A stretch of 62,931 nucleotides of DNA, the filler included, from Bigelowiella natans CCMP2755 (lineage: Eukaryota; Protista; Cercozoa): the NCBI GenBank assembly GCA_000320545.1. It is 6 parts of 6 records of this genome, joined end to end, with 100 filler letters (N's around TTAATTAATTAA, not from the genome) between each part and the next. Parts side by side here need not be neighbours in the genome. Positions count along the whole stretch, not along the records: positions 16,062 to 38,090 come from ADNK01001141.1; 5 more parts are not named here. One strand, 5' to 3'. The notes beneath the pieces are model-generated. The model was not told the origin of the DNA. It saw nothing but the letters and a program-made list of their open reading frames with translations, and did no database searches. Shown piece after piece: positions 22,179 to 36,317 of the stretch. The position numbers and the translations under genes are program-made. Position 1 is the stretch's first letter. Each line of letters starts with the position of its first letter.

Positions 22179-23791
22179 ATTGTTTTTGGCATCGGTTCGG
22201 CAAGTGGAAAGTCCTCTCTCAATTACTTTTCAACGAGGCAGTCGACATAGCTGGTGCTCTTGCAGAACTTCGGATAGGGATTTTGCAGCCTTTCTTTGTT
22301 TATAAGCGGAGGCCTACACCAGCTGCGCGGGACATCCAGCACATCGAGAGGTATCTCCGCACTCGACTTTTTCTCTCCCCCCACCTCCTCACTACCAACC
22401 CTCTTCTTGGCGTCTACGTCTTTGGCCTTCGTGGGCGTTGTTGAGACAGATTTCTTATCCTTCGCTACTGTTGCCGTGCCAGGTCGAGAGCTTGCTTTGC
22501 CAGTCGAAGGTCTGGGATCGCTTGGCGGCGTCTTCGCCACGAGGACGTTCTCCCATTTCTTTTTGTCATTCAGGTCATACGAGAGCCCCTCGACGTGCTT
22601 AGGCCCTTGCATATTGACCCAGCAGTTTGTCTCATCCCACACGGTTTCTATTCCGACGTATGGAGCGTCCTTGATTGCATAGACAATGCCGGTCGTCGCC
22701 TCCACGAAGAGGTCTTCCTTTATCCCCCTTCGCCCAGCTTTGATAAGCACCCAGCAATGCACACGATCCTTGGCGTAGTTATCGATCTTCTTCTCGATCT
22801 TTGCAAGCGCCGCGGCCTTGTCCCTATCTGCTAGTCGCTTCGCCATTTCTTTGTCCTTGGCGGCCTTCTTCTTCTCATAGTATGTGATATGCATCTTCTT
22901 TGTTTTGACAACGTACTTGCCGTCGCCTTTGTCGCCCTTCTTATCCTGGGACTGCGCCGTGTCCATATCGGGGAATTTTACGTGCGAGGGGCAATGCGTT
23001 GTCTCGAGACTTTGCTCTGTAATCCACTTGGGCGCGTATCCGGAGACGCAGTACGCGCTGTACTCGCAGCCTTTGAGCAGCGAAGCTAGCAGAATCGCGA
23101 AGTCGAAGCAGTCGCCCGCCCGAAGCTCGAGAACTGTTTGGGACGATGGTATTATGGAGGGAAGCTTTACAGGGTTGTCGAGGGTGTAGTATTCTAGGTA
23201 GTCCGCGACAAAGGTCGCGCACTTCTCCAGGTCGTAGAGCTTAGTAGCGGACTGGAGGGATGGCGAAACGGTCGTGCTGATGAACTTCTGCACTCCGCAC
23301 TCATTATATGGGAAGAGGAGCAAGGGCTGGCGAGAGGGGAATAACTGGACGAACTGCCGACGGAAATCCTCGACAACCTCAAGCGTTTCTTCCTCCTGGG
23401 TTGTGTTGACCGAGTACCTAGACAATTATGTGGGATTTTATGGACATGCCGATTCTGCTATTACAATCCAGTTCGTCGCGATTGCGTCGGCAAAACACAC
23501 AAAGTAAAACGCTAACAGGGGAAGGCTTGGATCATGCCTCATGACCCTCTTCCACGTGCTCACTATCGAAAGAAGTTCAATCACATCAGACCTTTGGTTG
23601 GCGGCTATGGCGTTTTGTTGATTCCCAGACTCAATCAGCCACTTCTTACGATTCTTTTCTTCAAGTCCAGAAGGCAGAGAAAGGATCATAGGTCCACTAT
23701 CTTCCCCCCCCTCCTTTCCATCCCCCCCCTCCTTCTCCGCCTCAGGCTTGGCTCCCTTGCCTTCGTTCTCCTTGCTAGGGTCGTTCGCCAT
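20434..23791 (-). CDS. DRC7: Dynein regulatory complex subunit 7 (CCDC135/lobo), transglutaminase-like domain
   Basis: FRRQFVQLFPSRQPLLLFPYNECGVQKFISTT..GDCFDFAILLASLL..AYCVSGYAPKWIT..RVHCWVLIKAGRR and C-terminal DPLAPFL..CLQSLKEKLLERATIIQ..FRLSILDARLKRH..DPRL. Confidence 0.93.
22075..22120. repeat. Perfect 22-bp-arm palindrome in a DRC7 intron
   Basis: TACATATTTCCCCTTTGGTGTG-AG-CACACCAAAGGGGAAATATGTA. Confidence 0.95.
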
Positions 23792-24149
23792 TCTACTTGG
23801 GTAACTGAAACGCAGGATCGGTGTCCAGTGTAGAAGGAGACAAAGAAACGATTATGTCGCTTGTACAGAATCCCATTCATTTCTCAAAACAACGACCGTT
23901 TTCCAAATACATTCGAACATTTTGCTCGAGCGTCTTCTCCTATGCATTGTCGCAGGTAAAATTTAAAACGGCATTTTCAAAATTCTTCTCGATTTGATTC
24001 ATCGTCAGGCCGTTTTACCGTAGATATTATCAAAGCGACATGCATCAAAGGCATTTAACCCTATAAACGCCCGACATTATCGGTTTTCGAGGTTGGAGCG
24101 TTACTGTAGTTCGAAACGCTCCCCTCCCTCCCCACCTTCTCCTAGACCG

Positions 24150-24567
24150 ATCGCTCTCTGGGCAAGCATTTTGTCTCCCCTTTCGCTGCCTCCCCAACTT
24201 GATTTACAGCTGGATCGATCGTTTTGGTGAGGGGGGCATGTTTCTCAAGGGAGACATTCCCACCGAGATATCGGCACCTCAAGACAGGTGATCTATCAAC
24301 CATCACGTTTTTTGGCGTTGGCGATGTTAATAAGTACCTTTGGAAGTAAAGGACTCCTACAGGCCTTTGAAACAAACAAGTTTAGAGAATTGTATTTCGA
24401 AGCCGTTGCGAATGATCTGATGGAAACGAGCAGGGATGGGGAGGGTGCTTCCTCACGAACTGAACCCCATTTGATTTATGTGCTTAGGGCGGAGAAATGG
24501 CGAAAAATTCATCGCAAGGTAGTGTGAGTCGCATTTACCTTTGATCTATACGTCCTTCTCTCTCCTT

Positions 24568-24624
<57 letters not shown>

Positions 24625-26785
24625 TGCGTACAAGTACCCGCGACACAAGTACACACAAACATGTAGAACGTGAGAGAGGATTCATCACAAATTCCATGCA
24701 CTAATGCTCTGAGAATGTGCTTGCATGTGTGCGCTATACCCCACTCTTACATGCTATACAGAAATCATCAATAACGAAACGTATAAGATCAGCTATCATT
24801 AACCCTCTCGAACGAATCTGATTCGCATTTTTTATTTCTGTTTCCCCTCACCAAACTAGCGACGAGACCACATGCTGCTGATGAAAAAGATGTTTGTGAA
24901 GGCGGGGACCAAGCGTGAAACCGAGGCATATATTCGCGCGCAGAGGGAGGTAATCAGTCACAAAAAAGCAAATCTCATCCGTCAGGACGATAGCTTTGAC
25001 GAGTTCGACGACACCGCAGCCTTGTCAACTCACTCATCTTCCGGAGCGCAGACAGTGGCGGAGTCCAACCTACCTTACCTTGACATTTACACGGATGGCT
25101 ATCACTCTGCCCAGAAGAAGAAGCGAAAACAAGGTCGGCAGCGACGGCATCGATCAAGCTCGGGTAATGATAGATCTAGTAGAGATAACCCCGAGGCAAA
25201 GACGGCGAGCCTTGCTCCGAAGTTTAGTGGCGCTCGGAACGCTCGGGACTTGTGCACCGTGCTCAAACAGCTACACAAAGCAATTGAAAAGGCCGGGCCT
25301 CTGCGAATGATGACGGAGGTAGGCAACACAGCGCATATGTGACCATTCAATGCCAAAACGCCTATTGGCATTTCTAGGTCGACACGACGACAACAACAAC
25401 TCTGTTGAAGAGCAAGATTCGGAATTTTTCTGTTTCTATTGATCACTTTTATACTTTTTTGATATTTCATTAGTAGCTAGGGACGGGTAGAGTATTATTT
25501 ATGGCCTAGCCTCTCCCTTCCAATCCAATTGGCATGCACTACGCATGTATGAGCATGCCCCCCCCCCCCCCCCCTTCTCTCTCTTTTCCCTTATCATTCT
25601 ATTTTATATGAATTTCTTCATGAACCCTTCGCCACCTCTTATCTCTAAGGTGGAAGCAATCTACGACGAAATCGAGAAGAGACAAGGGCATCTCATCAAG
25701 ATGGTGAGAAGGATACAGAAGCTCTTGGTCGCAGCGGTGAACGAAGGCCGAGCCCAACATCGGAAGGTAACCATTGAAAAGTGCCTCGGGCTGTTAGTGA
25801 AGATCCTGGGGAAAAAGGATCAGAAATCGACAATGAAAGCAAAGCGCACATGCACGGACCTGGAATTGTTCTTCTTAAGGTCTCGCACAAACCACGCCGC
25901 AAATATGCGACTTATTTTAGAGTCGCAACAACCTTTCCCATTTATGTCGCTGGCTGCTCTAAGGGATCATTATCCCCTCAAAGATTCATTGTCTCCTCAC
26001 CCAAAATCACTTCCACAGAATTATAGCGATGCTGAACGGCACGGAGAAAGACATTCTTTGGTTACTCCTAAAGAAATGCCAGCTGTTCGAGCCTGAGCTG
26101 ACGCCTTCGGATCCTCTCATCGCCTGCTCAATGTATCACACAATACGTCTGTATCAATAGAGGCATGAATTCGCATGATGTGATGAGAGATCCAAGCGAT
26201 TGGTGATTTTTTTTTGGGTCGCAAACAAATGATGAACTCTACACCGCCGCACAATTTATGGCATTATAGAGCAAGTTATAGATGTCCAGTGCCTTGAGAA
26301 AGAATAGCCGTTAACTCGGTTTTCATCGGCGGAAAAACCTCCTGTCGTAGTGCGACCCTCTCTTGGTTTTGATATCTGCATTAGATTCCCTAAACCAAGC
26401 TTCATTATTATGTGATTTGTGATAAGTAATTCTTCCTGCTGCCCCATGATATGATAGGCTGGTGCGTCTGCTTCACCAAAAATCGCAAAACCTGAGGCTA
26501 CCTTCCCTCTCCTCCGCCGTGAATAACTCGAGGAAGCTGCAAGTAGAGCTTTCAGAGTACAAGCGCAGGCCGAGCACAATTCCACAAATGAGGCGGAAGA
26601 GCAAGGCCACCAAGGGGTCTGCCTATACCACAAAGTGGGAGGCTGTAGCGGAGCCCCCCTCCCGTGCGGACAGAAGGACTTCTAGTCTGCCCCGCATAAA
26701 AGAGAGGAAGAAGAGCAAAAAGAAAAAGGTTTCGAGCCTCCAAGCGGCGATAGATGGGCCTCTTTCGTTTACGCTTCAAAAATGA
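24150..26785 (+). CDS. Uncharacterised multi-exon protein, divergent from DRC7
   Basis: Protein-like ORF segments at about 24348-24522, 24861-25318, 25650-26090 and 26460-26785 with GT-AG boundaries. No family recognised and the start is uncertain. Confidence 0.6.
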
Positions 26786-26879
26786 AAATAGAAACGATCA
26801 GTTGGAACCGCGTCTGTGATCCATGATGGTAGCCTTTTTATCACCTGCTCTCTGAGAAGACATGTATTGCATATTGGAA

Positions 26880-26919
<40 letters not shown>

Positions 26920-27713
26920 AGTGAAGGTACGCCACCTAATTGACGGTATCTGCTCAGTGTTGTAATTCCATGTGGGTATTAGTAAGTAAGCAAGGAAGCG
27001 ATAAATAGATTTGGCCACACAGCATGTAGAATTTGATTATTTACACACGACCTCGCCTCTGCTCTCTCGCAGCATGACTATCTAGCTATGCTAGCTCATT
27101 TTACATGCGCATTTATGACAAAGCGCTACTCTCGCTTATGCTTTGCGTGAACAGACCCCATACGTACAGCAGATTCATTATGCTGCGTGCCCATCGTATA
27201 ATCGCAGCTGCGCTTCTCCAGCACCAATGTAGTTAATCACTGTGCACTACTTTGCTAGCTCACAACAAGCAGACGAAACCTTTCTGCTGGATGGATGTGT
27301 TGTGTGGTAGAGCAAAGAATGAAACAACAGGCTGGGTGCGTTGTGACGTTTATACGTTGTGACATGCAATCTATGCAGGCAATATTCACGAAGCAACTTC
27401 GCTAATATAGATGATCCGCGGCGGACACGTGACGTTTATTTGCAAACAGCGTGGCACACTGCGCCCATATTAAGTTCTATAATGTTATCTCAGTCTTGCT
27501 CATAGGCTACGACGTCAGTTTACTATCTATTGTATTTTGTCCCTGTAGTAGGTGCAATTGTACAAGCTCTTACAGTGATACCCCTTTTGCAGTATGCCAT
27601 CGCACATGAAACCGCAGCAACACCCAGATATATAGTATTTTGTTCCGCATAGAAATTTGCTTTTCGATTCTTCTGATTATTTGCCCGGTCAACTAATTTG
27701 GTCGCATTCGATT

Positions 27714-27717
27714 TCAT

Positions 27718-27765
<48 letters not shown>

Positions 27766-28079
27766 CATTTCGAAGGGGCAATAGGCGGCCGTTGCGAGAG
27801 TAGCAGCAGGGCAGCACACGATATTGGGAACTCCCGAAAGAAACCAATAGGTATGAAGGGTTCTGCACAGATGTAATATAAAGGATCCCAGTTCAACAGC
27901 TTCAGAGCCTCATTGTGCTTCTGGGGATTGTAGAACGAACTCACCGGATAGATGCTATGACCGTACTGCCGCCTACTTCCACTGGGGACGTTTTCCTTCA
28001 CATGATCATCGACTATCCATGTACTATCAGGGGAGACTTTCCGCTCCCGCTTTGTTATCTTTACCGAACCTGCTGCCAT
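27714..28079 (-). CDS. Possible small hypothetical protein ending in a (CTG)n poly-Ala tract
   Basis: ATG ORF MAAGSVKITKRERKVSPDSTWIVDDHVKENVP, divergent from RSL1D1. No homology recognised. Confidence 0.3.
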
Positions 28080-28645
28080 TCATTTGCAAGGCTGAGAAGA
28101 AAGGGGTGTGCAAGGAGCCGCGGTTGGAGAGAAGTGGCCCATTACGGAAGCGGAAAACATGAAATCAAATCGAGGAAAAACGCTCACGATTTCCGTCTGC
28201 GACTGGAGAAAAACTCTTCCCCTTTCAAGTTAACGTCGATTTGGGATCCTCGGAGATGCCAGCGATTCACGCCAATTTCTTATCCCGGAAATATGCAAAT
28301 ACCGATGGTGTTTTTATGCGTCGTTTTCAAATGTATGTAGTAGTTGAAAATCGACAGGCCTCGTCGTTTTCCGCAATTAATGGTAGTGAGACTTGTCGCT
28401 ACCTATAAAATCTCCTCCTATTTCAATCGGCGAAATCCTCGGCGAATAAGCCCGCTCATAATGGAATTGGGCTTGTGATTGATGGCAAATGGGAAAGGTT
28501 TGAACCGGGTTTTGACCACTTCAGGCAGCAAGACTCTTACAGGACCTTTGGTTGGAATTAGAAACTAATTAAGTCGAAATCGAGGAAATTTTCAGATATT
28601 TTATCGAAATAATTTAATCGCGTTGAAGCATACCTGAAAGGCAGG

Positions 28646-30228
28646 ATGTCGCTCGAGGCGGAACAGGTACGCCCCCCCCTCCCGCTCTTGTTCTTACCCA
28701 TTCTAATTCTATTAGCAGAAGATAATTTGTTGGGGGATCATATTTTATGTGTCGAACTAATGCGCACATATACATCTCGTAAATAGTATGGGAAGGCTAG
28801 CAGAAATGCGACTCCATGGCCTGAGTTTACTGATTTTGTTTCTCGGTTTTGTGTCTCGGTTCCTTGATGCACGGCCCGCTTCCCGGAATTCTCAGGTAAA
28901 GAAGGCCGTTGCGGCTCTGTTCCAATACCTAGAGAAAAAGAAAGGAAAGGAAACCGGGGAGGGAGGCGGAGATGACGGAAAGGAAGGGGAGACTTCCGGG
29001 TCAGGAGAGAAAAAGGAGCTGCTGCAGCTTTTCGAAGATGAGGAGTTCGTGATTGTGACTATTGGGCTTACCAATGTTCCTGATAAGTCGAAAGTCAACG
29101 CCTACCGTATCCCCCTCGCGCATAGCATATACGCAGGTGCGGAAATATGCCTCTTCACGAAGGATCCTGCCTCAGCGATTGAAGATAAGTTGCTAGACAA
29201 CCCAGTGGAGGAAGTGAAGCAAGTGATTGGGGTCTCGACTCTGAGAACAGACTATCGACAGTATGTGATTGCTATTTCATTACCAACAGTTTGCATTTTT
29301 CGCTTGTTGCTGGTTTTAGTAAGAATTGAGGATCGGTAGGGACGATGGATGTTATCCCAGACTGCACACACTCACTCACTCACTCTCACACACGTGTATC
29401 GCACAAAACCTTGTGCACAACGCACGCATACAATATTATCTGCAATTATTGAGCTTTTGGGCGATGAACAAGAGTTGGTTATCACCATTCCGGGAAGCGC
29501 ATGAGAGCTATTCGATTTATGCGTTATGTGCTACGAAGACCCCGCACTGTTCTGACGTTGCGCGCCACATATCTGAGTCGATATTTGTTTGAACAGATAC
29601 GAGGACAAACGCAACCTTATGGCGACATATGACCTTTTCTTCGCCGACGATAGAATCATACCGCTCCTCCCCCCTCTGATCGGAAAGAAGTTTTTTACTA
29701 GAGGCAAGCAGCCTATTTCCATTTGCCTCTCACGGAGCGATATGGCAGGAAAGATCGCTTCAGCAAGGGATTCTACATATCTGTAATACTTATTGATTTC
29801 ATTTCACCATGTAGTCGATCCTCAATCTCCAAACACAGCATCAGAATGGCGCCGGCTTTTATTTTGAGACTTACGTCATACTATCACGAGAAATATCTCG
29901 ATCGTTTTTCCTTTCCTGCGAATGCCGATTTCCCTTTTCAATGAGCAGCCTCTCCAAGCCTGTTCATAGCCCACTCCTTTCCATGCAGCAACTGACGCCA
30001 TGTTGTCTCTTCAGATACTTGAGGGGCGGGCCTTGCTGCGCTATTAAGGTAGCAAAGACCGGATTCACAGTTCAAGAGACCGTGGAGAACATCATGGCTG
30101 CAGTACCACAGGCAGTTAAGAAGATCCCAGGAAAGTGGAAGAGTGTGCAGAGCATTCACCTAAAAACCTCCTCCTCCATCTCCCTGCCCATGTACAAAGC
30201 GCTTCCGCGAGACACCAGAATAGAATGA
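28646..30228 (+). CDS. RSL1D1: Ribosomal L1 domain-containing protein 1 (Utp30/Cic1-like)
   Basis: MSLEAEQ/VKKAVAAL..RIPLAHSIYAGAEICLFTKDP../YEDKRNLMATYDLFFADDRIIPLLPPLIGKKFF..KQPI../GGPCCAIKVA..ENIMAAV..KWKSVQSIHLKTSSSISLPMY. Confidence 0.95.
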
Positions 30229-30879
30229 TGAGCGATGAAGATGATAAGATTCTTCCCCTTTCCCTGAATTTGTCGTAGCCCCGCGACACGTTCGTAAGCT
30301 ATGTATGCACGAAGCTGTGCAATGGTGTAAGCATATAATTAAAGGTATCCTGAAGATTTTGATCCCCCTCCTTTCCCAACATGAGCCTCATCCGAACCCA
30401 CGTATCGCTAATTTCCACGATCATTTGGGTCGCAACACATCAAATGACTTGGTAGTGAGTCTAGATCACACATAGAGCATGCATTATGCTGCTTGGAAAA
30501 AAGCAAATGCGGGGCGCGCATCACAGCAATAAGGGCTAGCAAGCATGTAAGCTGTTCGATTTGCACACCAATTCTCCGATCTGTGATTTCAATTACCGCT
30601 GCATCGTGTACATAATCTGTGTACCTAACAATGGCGCGACTGCTTGTGCTTACAATAAACATGTCAAATGTCAAATGCCTAGCAGCATTACTAGGCTGTG
30701 TGCTGGGTCGACCTCACTGCTGACTACTGCACGTGTCACATCGTCACACATGCATGTGTCATTCACAGCAAATCTAGAAATGTAGATCATGTCTAGATGC
30801 ATTTCATGGAACGATTGATGCACATGCACTGTGGACACAGTGCATTGCATTGCACACATGTGTGCACATTGTGTTGAAC

Positions 30880-31900
30880 ATTAGACGGATGCAATGAAAT
30901 GTTCAAATTTTTTCAATGGTCATCCCAATGCAGCTGTGCAATGCAGCGGCTACAGCGCTTAAATTGTGTCTGTTTGTTTCCTTGGTCACATGTTGCATGC
31001 ATGAAAATGCATCATGATTTGGTCTGGCATGCCGTGCTTTGCGCGCTGCTTTGCGAGTTGCTTTTTCTGCGGTTGTGAGACGCGCAGTCTCATCGTTGCG
31101 ATCCATGATGGCCGTCAGTTGTTTGTTGATTCTGAGTCTCTGTGGTCCGCATTTTCTGCATTGCAGAATGTGGTCCATGTCTTGCAATGTGTTGCATGTG
31201 TCGCACATTGCTTCCAATTTTGTGCGTTGTCCTCTGGACAGCAAAAAAGTTCCAAGGTTGCCAACACCACAGATGGCGCGCATCCATGATGTGGCAATGC
31301 TTGGCAGCTTCAATGTGATTCCTGTTGTGCGAGAGCCAGGCATGAAACCAAGTTTCTTCAAATGCATGCTAGCATGGCCTTTGTTCCCTCTTGGCACCAA
31401 TTTGTTTTGAAGTTGGATGTAGCGATCCGCATGATCGTTTTGTTGTGTGTGTTCAATTCATTTTTCAGTGTCTTGCTTGTAGCACGTGTTGCAGGGTGTT
31501 CCGCTCCAAGCAATTTGGTCGTGATGAAACTGAAAACTGAGTCGGCGGTGCAAGGACACTCTGTTCCACGACCTAGTTGTGTCATGCCATTTGTGTTCCA
31601 GTGAGGATTCAACGTGGTGTCCGATGGAGCTCCAATTGAGTACTTCTTCTTCCACCACGTGTCCGTTGCCATCATTTTCATCCACCCATGCATTGGTTCA
31701 CAACCATGATTTGGTGCATTGAACTTGTGTGCGATGACGTGGTGGCAATGTTGCCGCTAGCACATGGAGTGTGTCATTGGAAATGGATCCTGGTAATCCC
31801 AGCACTCTTTTGAGTGTTTGTGATTCCATGGAATCCAGCCGCTTTATTTTGAGGTTTTTTTTGGACCTCCATGTGGGTGCGACACATCTACTTGTGGCTG
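30880..31900 (-). mobile_element. Degenerate 3' part of a non-LTR (LINE-like) retrotransposon
   Basis: Homologous to 52067-53070 (MESQTLKRxLGLPGSISND, LKLPSxATSWMRAICGVGNLG, CDxCxxLxDMDHxLQC zinc knuckle, MTIEKI*). Frame-disrupted and TpA-depleted. Confidence 0.8.
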
Positions 31901-32275
31901 TGAAATGTGCGTATGTCTATTGTATGCTGCTCTGCCTAGCTGTGCTTGCATGCTTCTCATTTTGCATGGTCATGCATGTTGGCATGTGTGCGTCATCTGC
32001 CAGACTAGCAGACATGTAGCGGATTTGTTTGTTCCATATGAACACATATTAACAATGTTGATCGAATGAAATGACAAAATTGACATAGTTTTAAATATTG
32101 AAATTGTTTGAATGTTTGAACCGAATTGAATGAGAGCCCATTCCACAAAAATTTAAACACATTTTTATTTCATCAGAAAGTTAATGTTTGAATCTTGCTG
32201 ACGACTAGCAAGTTCATGTTTGTTCACGCAATCTAAATTTTCACTTACTCAGTTCCTTGAGACGCATCATTTGTT

Positions 32276-33500
32276 TCACATCGGATGCTTTTTAATAGAC
32301 ATCCCAAACATTTTGCTGAGACGTTCGCAACATACGACATGGATACTCTTGCTCATGATTTTCTCTTCGCTTTCTAGCTGCTCGATGTGCCTTTTCATGT
32401 CTACCACATGCTTCAACGATTGCCAAAGGATTTCGGAGTCTTGTGAGAAATCAATTGAGTTGCGACTCTTTTCAAATTCGATTTGTTGTTTTTCCCGCTT
32501 TTCTGAAATCTGTTTGAGTTTTGCCATTTTTTTGGGCACAACTTGTTGCTTGATCATGTCAATGAGTTCGAGTTCCGGTTTTGCGTTGCGCTTCTCATTG
32601 CTTCGTTGGTTCGTCTGATTTCGCCGAATGTCAGATAGCTTTGCTTTTTTCTCCAGGGTATTCTTCATAGGGGTTGTGTCCTGCTTTTGAACCATTTCTC
32701 CTATCATCAAACGATCGACTTTCTTGCGCTTTCTCTTCCCCTTTTTTATGTTGGCTACGTTTATGCCCGCATCATCATAATTTTTTTTCGACTTGTTGGG
32801 TTCCTTCAGCAGCCCGGCCGTTTCATCCTCCTTGTTTTCCGATTCCACATCCGTTTCCGATTGATCGTCAGTATCATCTTCGTTTTCATCACCGTCAGTA
32901 ACATATTCTTCGGCATGTTTAGTTCGATCAGCAGTCGTCGTTGGTCTGGGCAAATCGATGGTGTCATTCGAAGGGTTTCTCTCGCTGATCGTGTGCTGTG
33001 GAATTTCATCGTGAGCACTTCCAAAGCTGGCTTGCTTGAACTCTGGCTTTTCTGGAAGGGCACTCATCGATTCTTTGGAGCTCGGTCGCATGATTCAGAG
33101 AGACGGGCACTTTTGGATTGTGTATGGAAGTCGAGCTGTGAGTCTGAATGCATGCATACATCGGCATGTGTTTTGAGAAAGAAAGGCACAATTTTCTTCC
33201 CTGCGACATACAAAATGCCTTTTTACGGTTAGGAAGTTCTTTGATTTCTTGCGATTCTTTCTCTGTGTTGCTTCTTGTGCTGCTTCAAAATAAGACGGAT
33301 TTCTTTCACGAGACGTAAAGGTCATGGATCTTGGGTTTGTTCCGAGGAGAAAAAAGCAGCTGCACAATATTTTGGAAACGCTGGAGATTTGGCACCCTGC
33401 GACATTGGGCTGTCCAGATTTTTGCATTTTCTCGTAGGCACCTGTGGATCATCAACGATTTTCACAGAAATGGCAGGCATTTTTACATCGAGCCACCATG
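32276..33500 (-). CDS. Hypothetical charged, probably nuclear protein
   Basis: 271-aa ORF with an acidic tract, a KKGKRKRKK basic patch and a C-terminal coiled coil. 5' exons unresolved. Confidence 0.55.
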
Positions 33501-33810
33501 AGCCTGGAGAACAACCTAGAAATGCTTGTCGCTCTAAAGCACCATAAACCAAACGACCAAGCATCATCATCATCGGCAAGAAGTAAATCCCTCCCACACC
33601 TTGCCTTTTCTCCTCCGATGCGAGAGCAAATACAGTCAAAAAATACATCGCTATTCTTGGAAATCGTAAACTCCGAGGAGGCAAAGAATTAATTGCACAA
33701 ATCCCCTATAAACCTGTTGTGCGACATGTGAGTATTCAAGTCGTACGTCTGTTCAATGATTCTCCCTTCTGACAAAACTCATCTTCCATCTTTCCTCATC
33801 GTACTCCCAG

Positions 33811-34095
33811 ATGCTTGCTGGTTCTCGTCGCCCCCACCGCTCTCGTCGCGCACCATTGCGCTTCGAAGTCAGCAGTGAAAATCCAAAGACTCTTCGAAAT
33901 TGCCAGGTATCTTTTCAGAATGATGAAGCGAACGCTGTGTTTAACTCCTGGCCTAATCAACCATTCTTCGCAGGGGATACTCCAAAAGATGATTCAACAT
34001 AAAAATGCCAAAGTTTTTATGCACCCTGTTGATCCTATTGCGCTCAACATTCCCGATTACTTCGAGTAAGCTCTCCCTCCCCCCTCTCTCTGTTT

Positions 34096-34140
<45 letters not shown>

Positions 34141-35139
34141 TGAAGATCCTCGGATTAGCTCTCCATCTTGATGACTATCATGTTTCACTTTAGCATCGTG
34201 AAGAGACCTATGGATTTGATGACCGTACAAAAGAGATTGTCCAGTGGATTTTACGATTCTGCGAGTTCCTTCCAAGAGGAAATGATGCTGATCTGGAAGA
34301 ATGCCATGCTTTACAACCCTAAGAGCAACCCCGTGCACTACGCTGCCAAAATTATGATGAAAGATTTCAGTGGTACTTCGTGACTTAGCCATACATATTT
34401 ACATATGATCCACATATGCCCTTCATGAACTGGAGTAGTTTTCATCGTGATTTCAATTCCAATAGAACTATTTCGGAACGTGGAAAAGGAACAACTGAAA
34501 GTCAAGAATAAGAAGAAGCACGCGTCTCCTTGGTCTAAAAAGAGAGAGAGGAAGCCCGTTAAGATGCACGCCTTCTCCGGATTACGAAAGTCAAACGGAA
34601 ATATATCTGATAATGGCGAGGATGATGTGGATTTCGACAAAAGGAAGAATGAACTTGCACGGGCACGTCGTGAGTTCGCGGAGCTCCAACAGAAAGTAGC
34701 TCGCCTTGAAAAAATAGCACAGCGGCGGAAGGCCTTTGATGAAAAGGAGGCAGCTGTCCGACGGACATCCTCGAAAAGATTGATCTTGCAGATTCCAGAG
34801 ACGAAGGAGCGATCCTTGGATCTAAGTCGGGAACAGAAAAGAGGGCTGATGGAGGGAATCAAAAGTCTCACTCATGGGGAGCTAGTAGAGCTTTCAGAGA
34901 GTTTGTTTCCAGGATCAGCGGAGGAAGAGATAGAGCTAGACCTTGAGACTATTGATTCGGAGATGTACATGGTGATTCAGAACTTTGTTAGTTCCCGTCG
35001 ACATTTTCGAACTCCGTCGGACGTGCCTGCTCCAAGATCTCCGAGACGCATCAGTACTCCGGAAGAAGAAGGAGCAAAAGAATGCGATTCAGGATCAGAA
35101 AGCGACTCAGAGAGCGACTCATCCTCAGATTCTGAATGA
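33811..35139 (+). CDS. Single-bromodomain plus ET-domain protein (GTE/BET-like)
   Basis: FMHPVDPIALNIPDYFE/IVKRPMDLMTVQKRL..MMLIWKNAMLYNP; ET domain LSREQKRGLMEGIKSL..EEIELDLETID; Ser/Asp-rich tail. Confidence 0.92.
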
Positions 35140-35479
35140 TGTTTGCTGTGCATCGGTTGCAACCCCATCAGCACTCTACTTATCTCAAGTGGCAGCAACA
35201 ACGCATGGAGGAAAGGATGGACCACAATACTTCTTTTTGCATTGCCACGAATGTTGTCAATGATTCATGATTTAACGCGTCCTAGCTTGTCATGTATGTG
35301 CATCGCCCCTCATGTGCAACAATGAAGGCTTCTAGCTAGCATGTGCATAGAATGATGTGCTTGCACATGCACAAGTTTTGACATTTGATCTCTCACAAAC
35401 ACTAGAACACATGACTGGCACATTCAAACGGTTTGTTGCTTTGCCAATTTATTGTATTGTTGCTGGCGGTCAATCCTTG

Positions 35480-36317
35480 TCGCAACAAATAATTATGCCT
35501 AGCATTGATTTGGATTGCACTGCAATGGCCTGCCTGGTTTGTTTGGAGTAAGGGAGAGGCGCAAAACCAGGCTCCAACCATAGCCTCCTTTTTCCTGTGA
35601 AGATCGAAATTGTTGTCCTTCTTTTACCCCTGAATTTGATGTCTGGTCTTCAACATGCCTAGGTTTCAGCCCTGCTACGCAAATTATTCGCCCTTCTTGG
35701 CATCTGAGAGAAACATGATCCCCACTGCTAGGCTCGCAGCCGAAACCGCATGCAGAGTCCATTGCACACTCGGTGGTTGAAGAACGATTTTGGCAGCAAG
35801 TTCCAAAATATTTACCTTCACATAGAACAGAAAACATTAAACGTATCATACGATTTGTAATGAATCACAGTTCATGTGTCATCGTTCAGCGACTGCGTCA
35901 CATCATCCACCGAATGCTGTCATTTCAGTTGGTGCGATAAACTCAATTACAGGCAACATGGAATCACCGCGGCTAGCCCAATTGCTGCTGGAACTATATT
36001 TGATTTCTTCTGTCCGCACCACCATGCTGCAGCCCCGGAGAATGTTACATACATCTACAATCATCACGGACAATTGTGAAGCCTTTCGATCTCACCCCTT
36101 CTCTCTCTCTTCCTACTCTCAATGTTTTCCGAGATTTAGTGAAAGGATGAAATGATTTGATACCCCAAGAATTCTGGTAGCCAACTCACCCACTTCATTC
36201 AATTCCCGTTTCTCCAAGAGGATCTTTGAGGGTGAACGCAGGCATGAAAACAAGACCCACTCCCGCGCCCGCAAAGAGAACTCCATTCCATCGAAGAATA
36301 TCTGAAAGCCATGTCAT
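35480..36317 (-). CDS. Small hypothetical membrane protein
   Basis: MTWLSDILRWNGVLFAGAGVGLVFMPAFTLKDPLGET and further hydrophobic exon-like segments (..NIVPAAIGLAAVIPCCL). The 3' end is uncertain. Confidence 0.5.
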
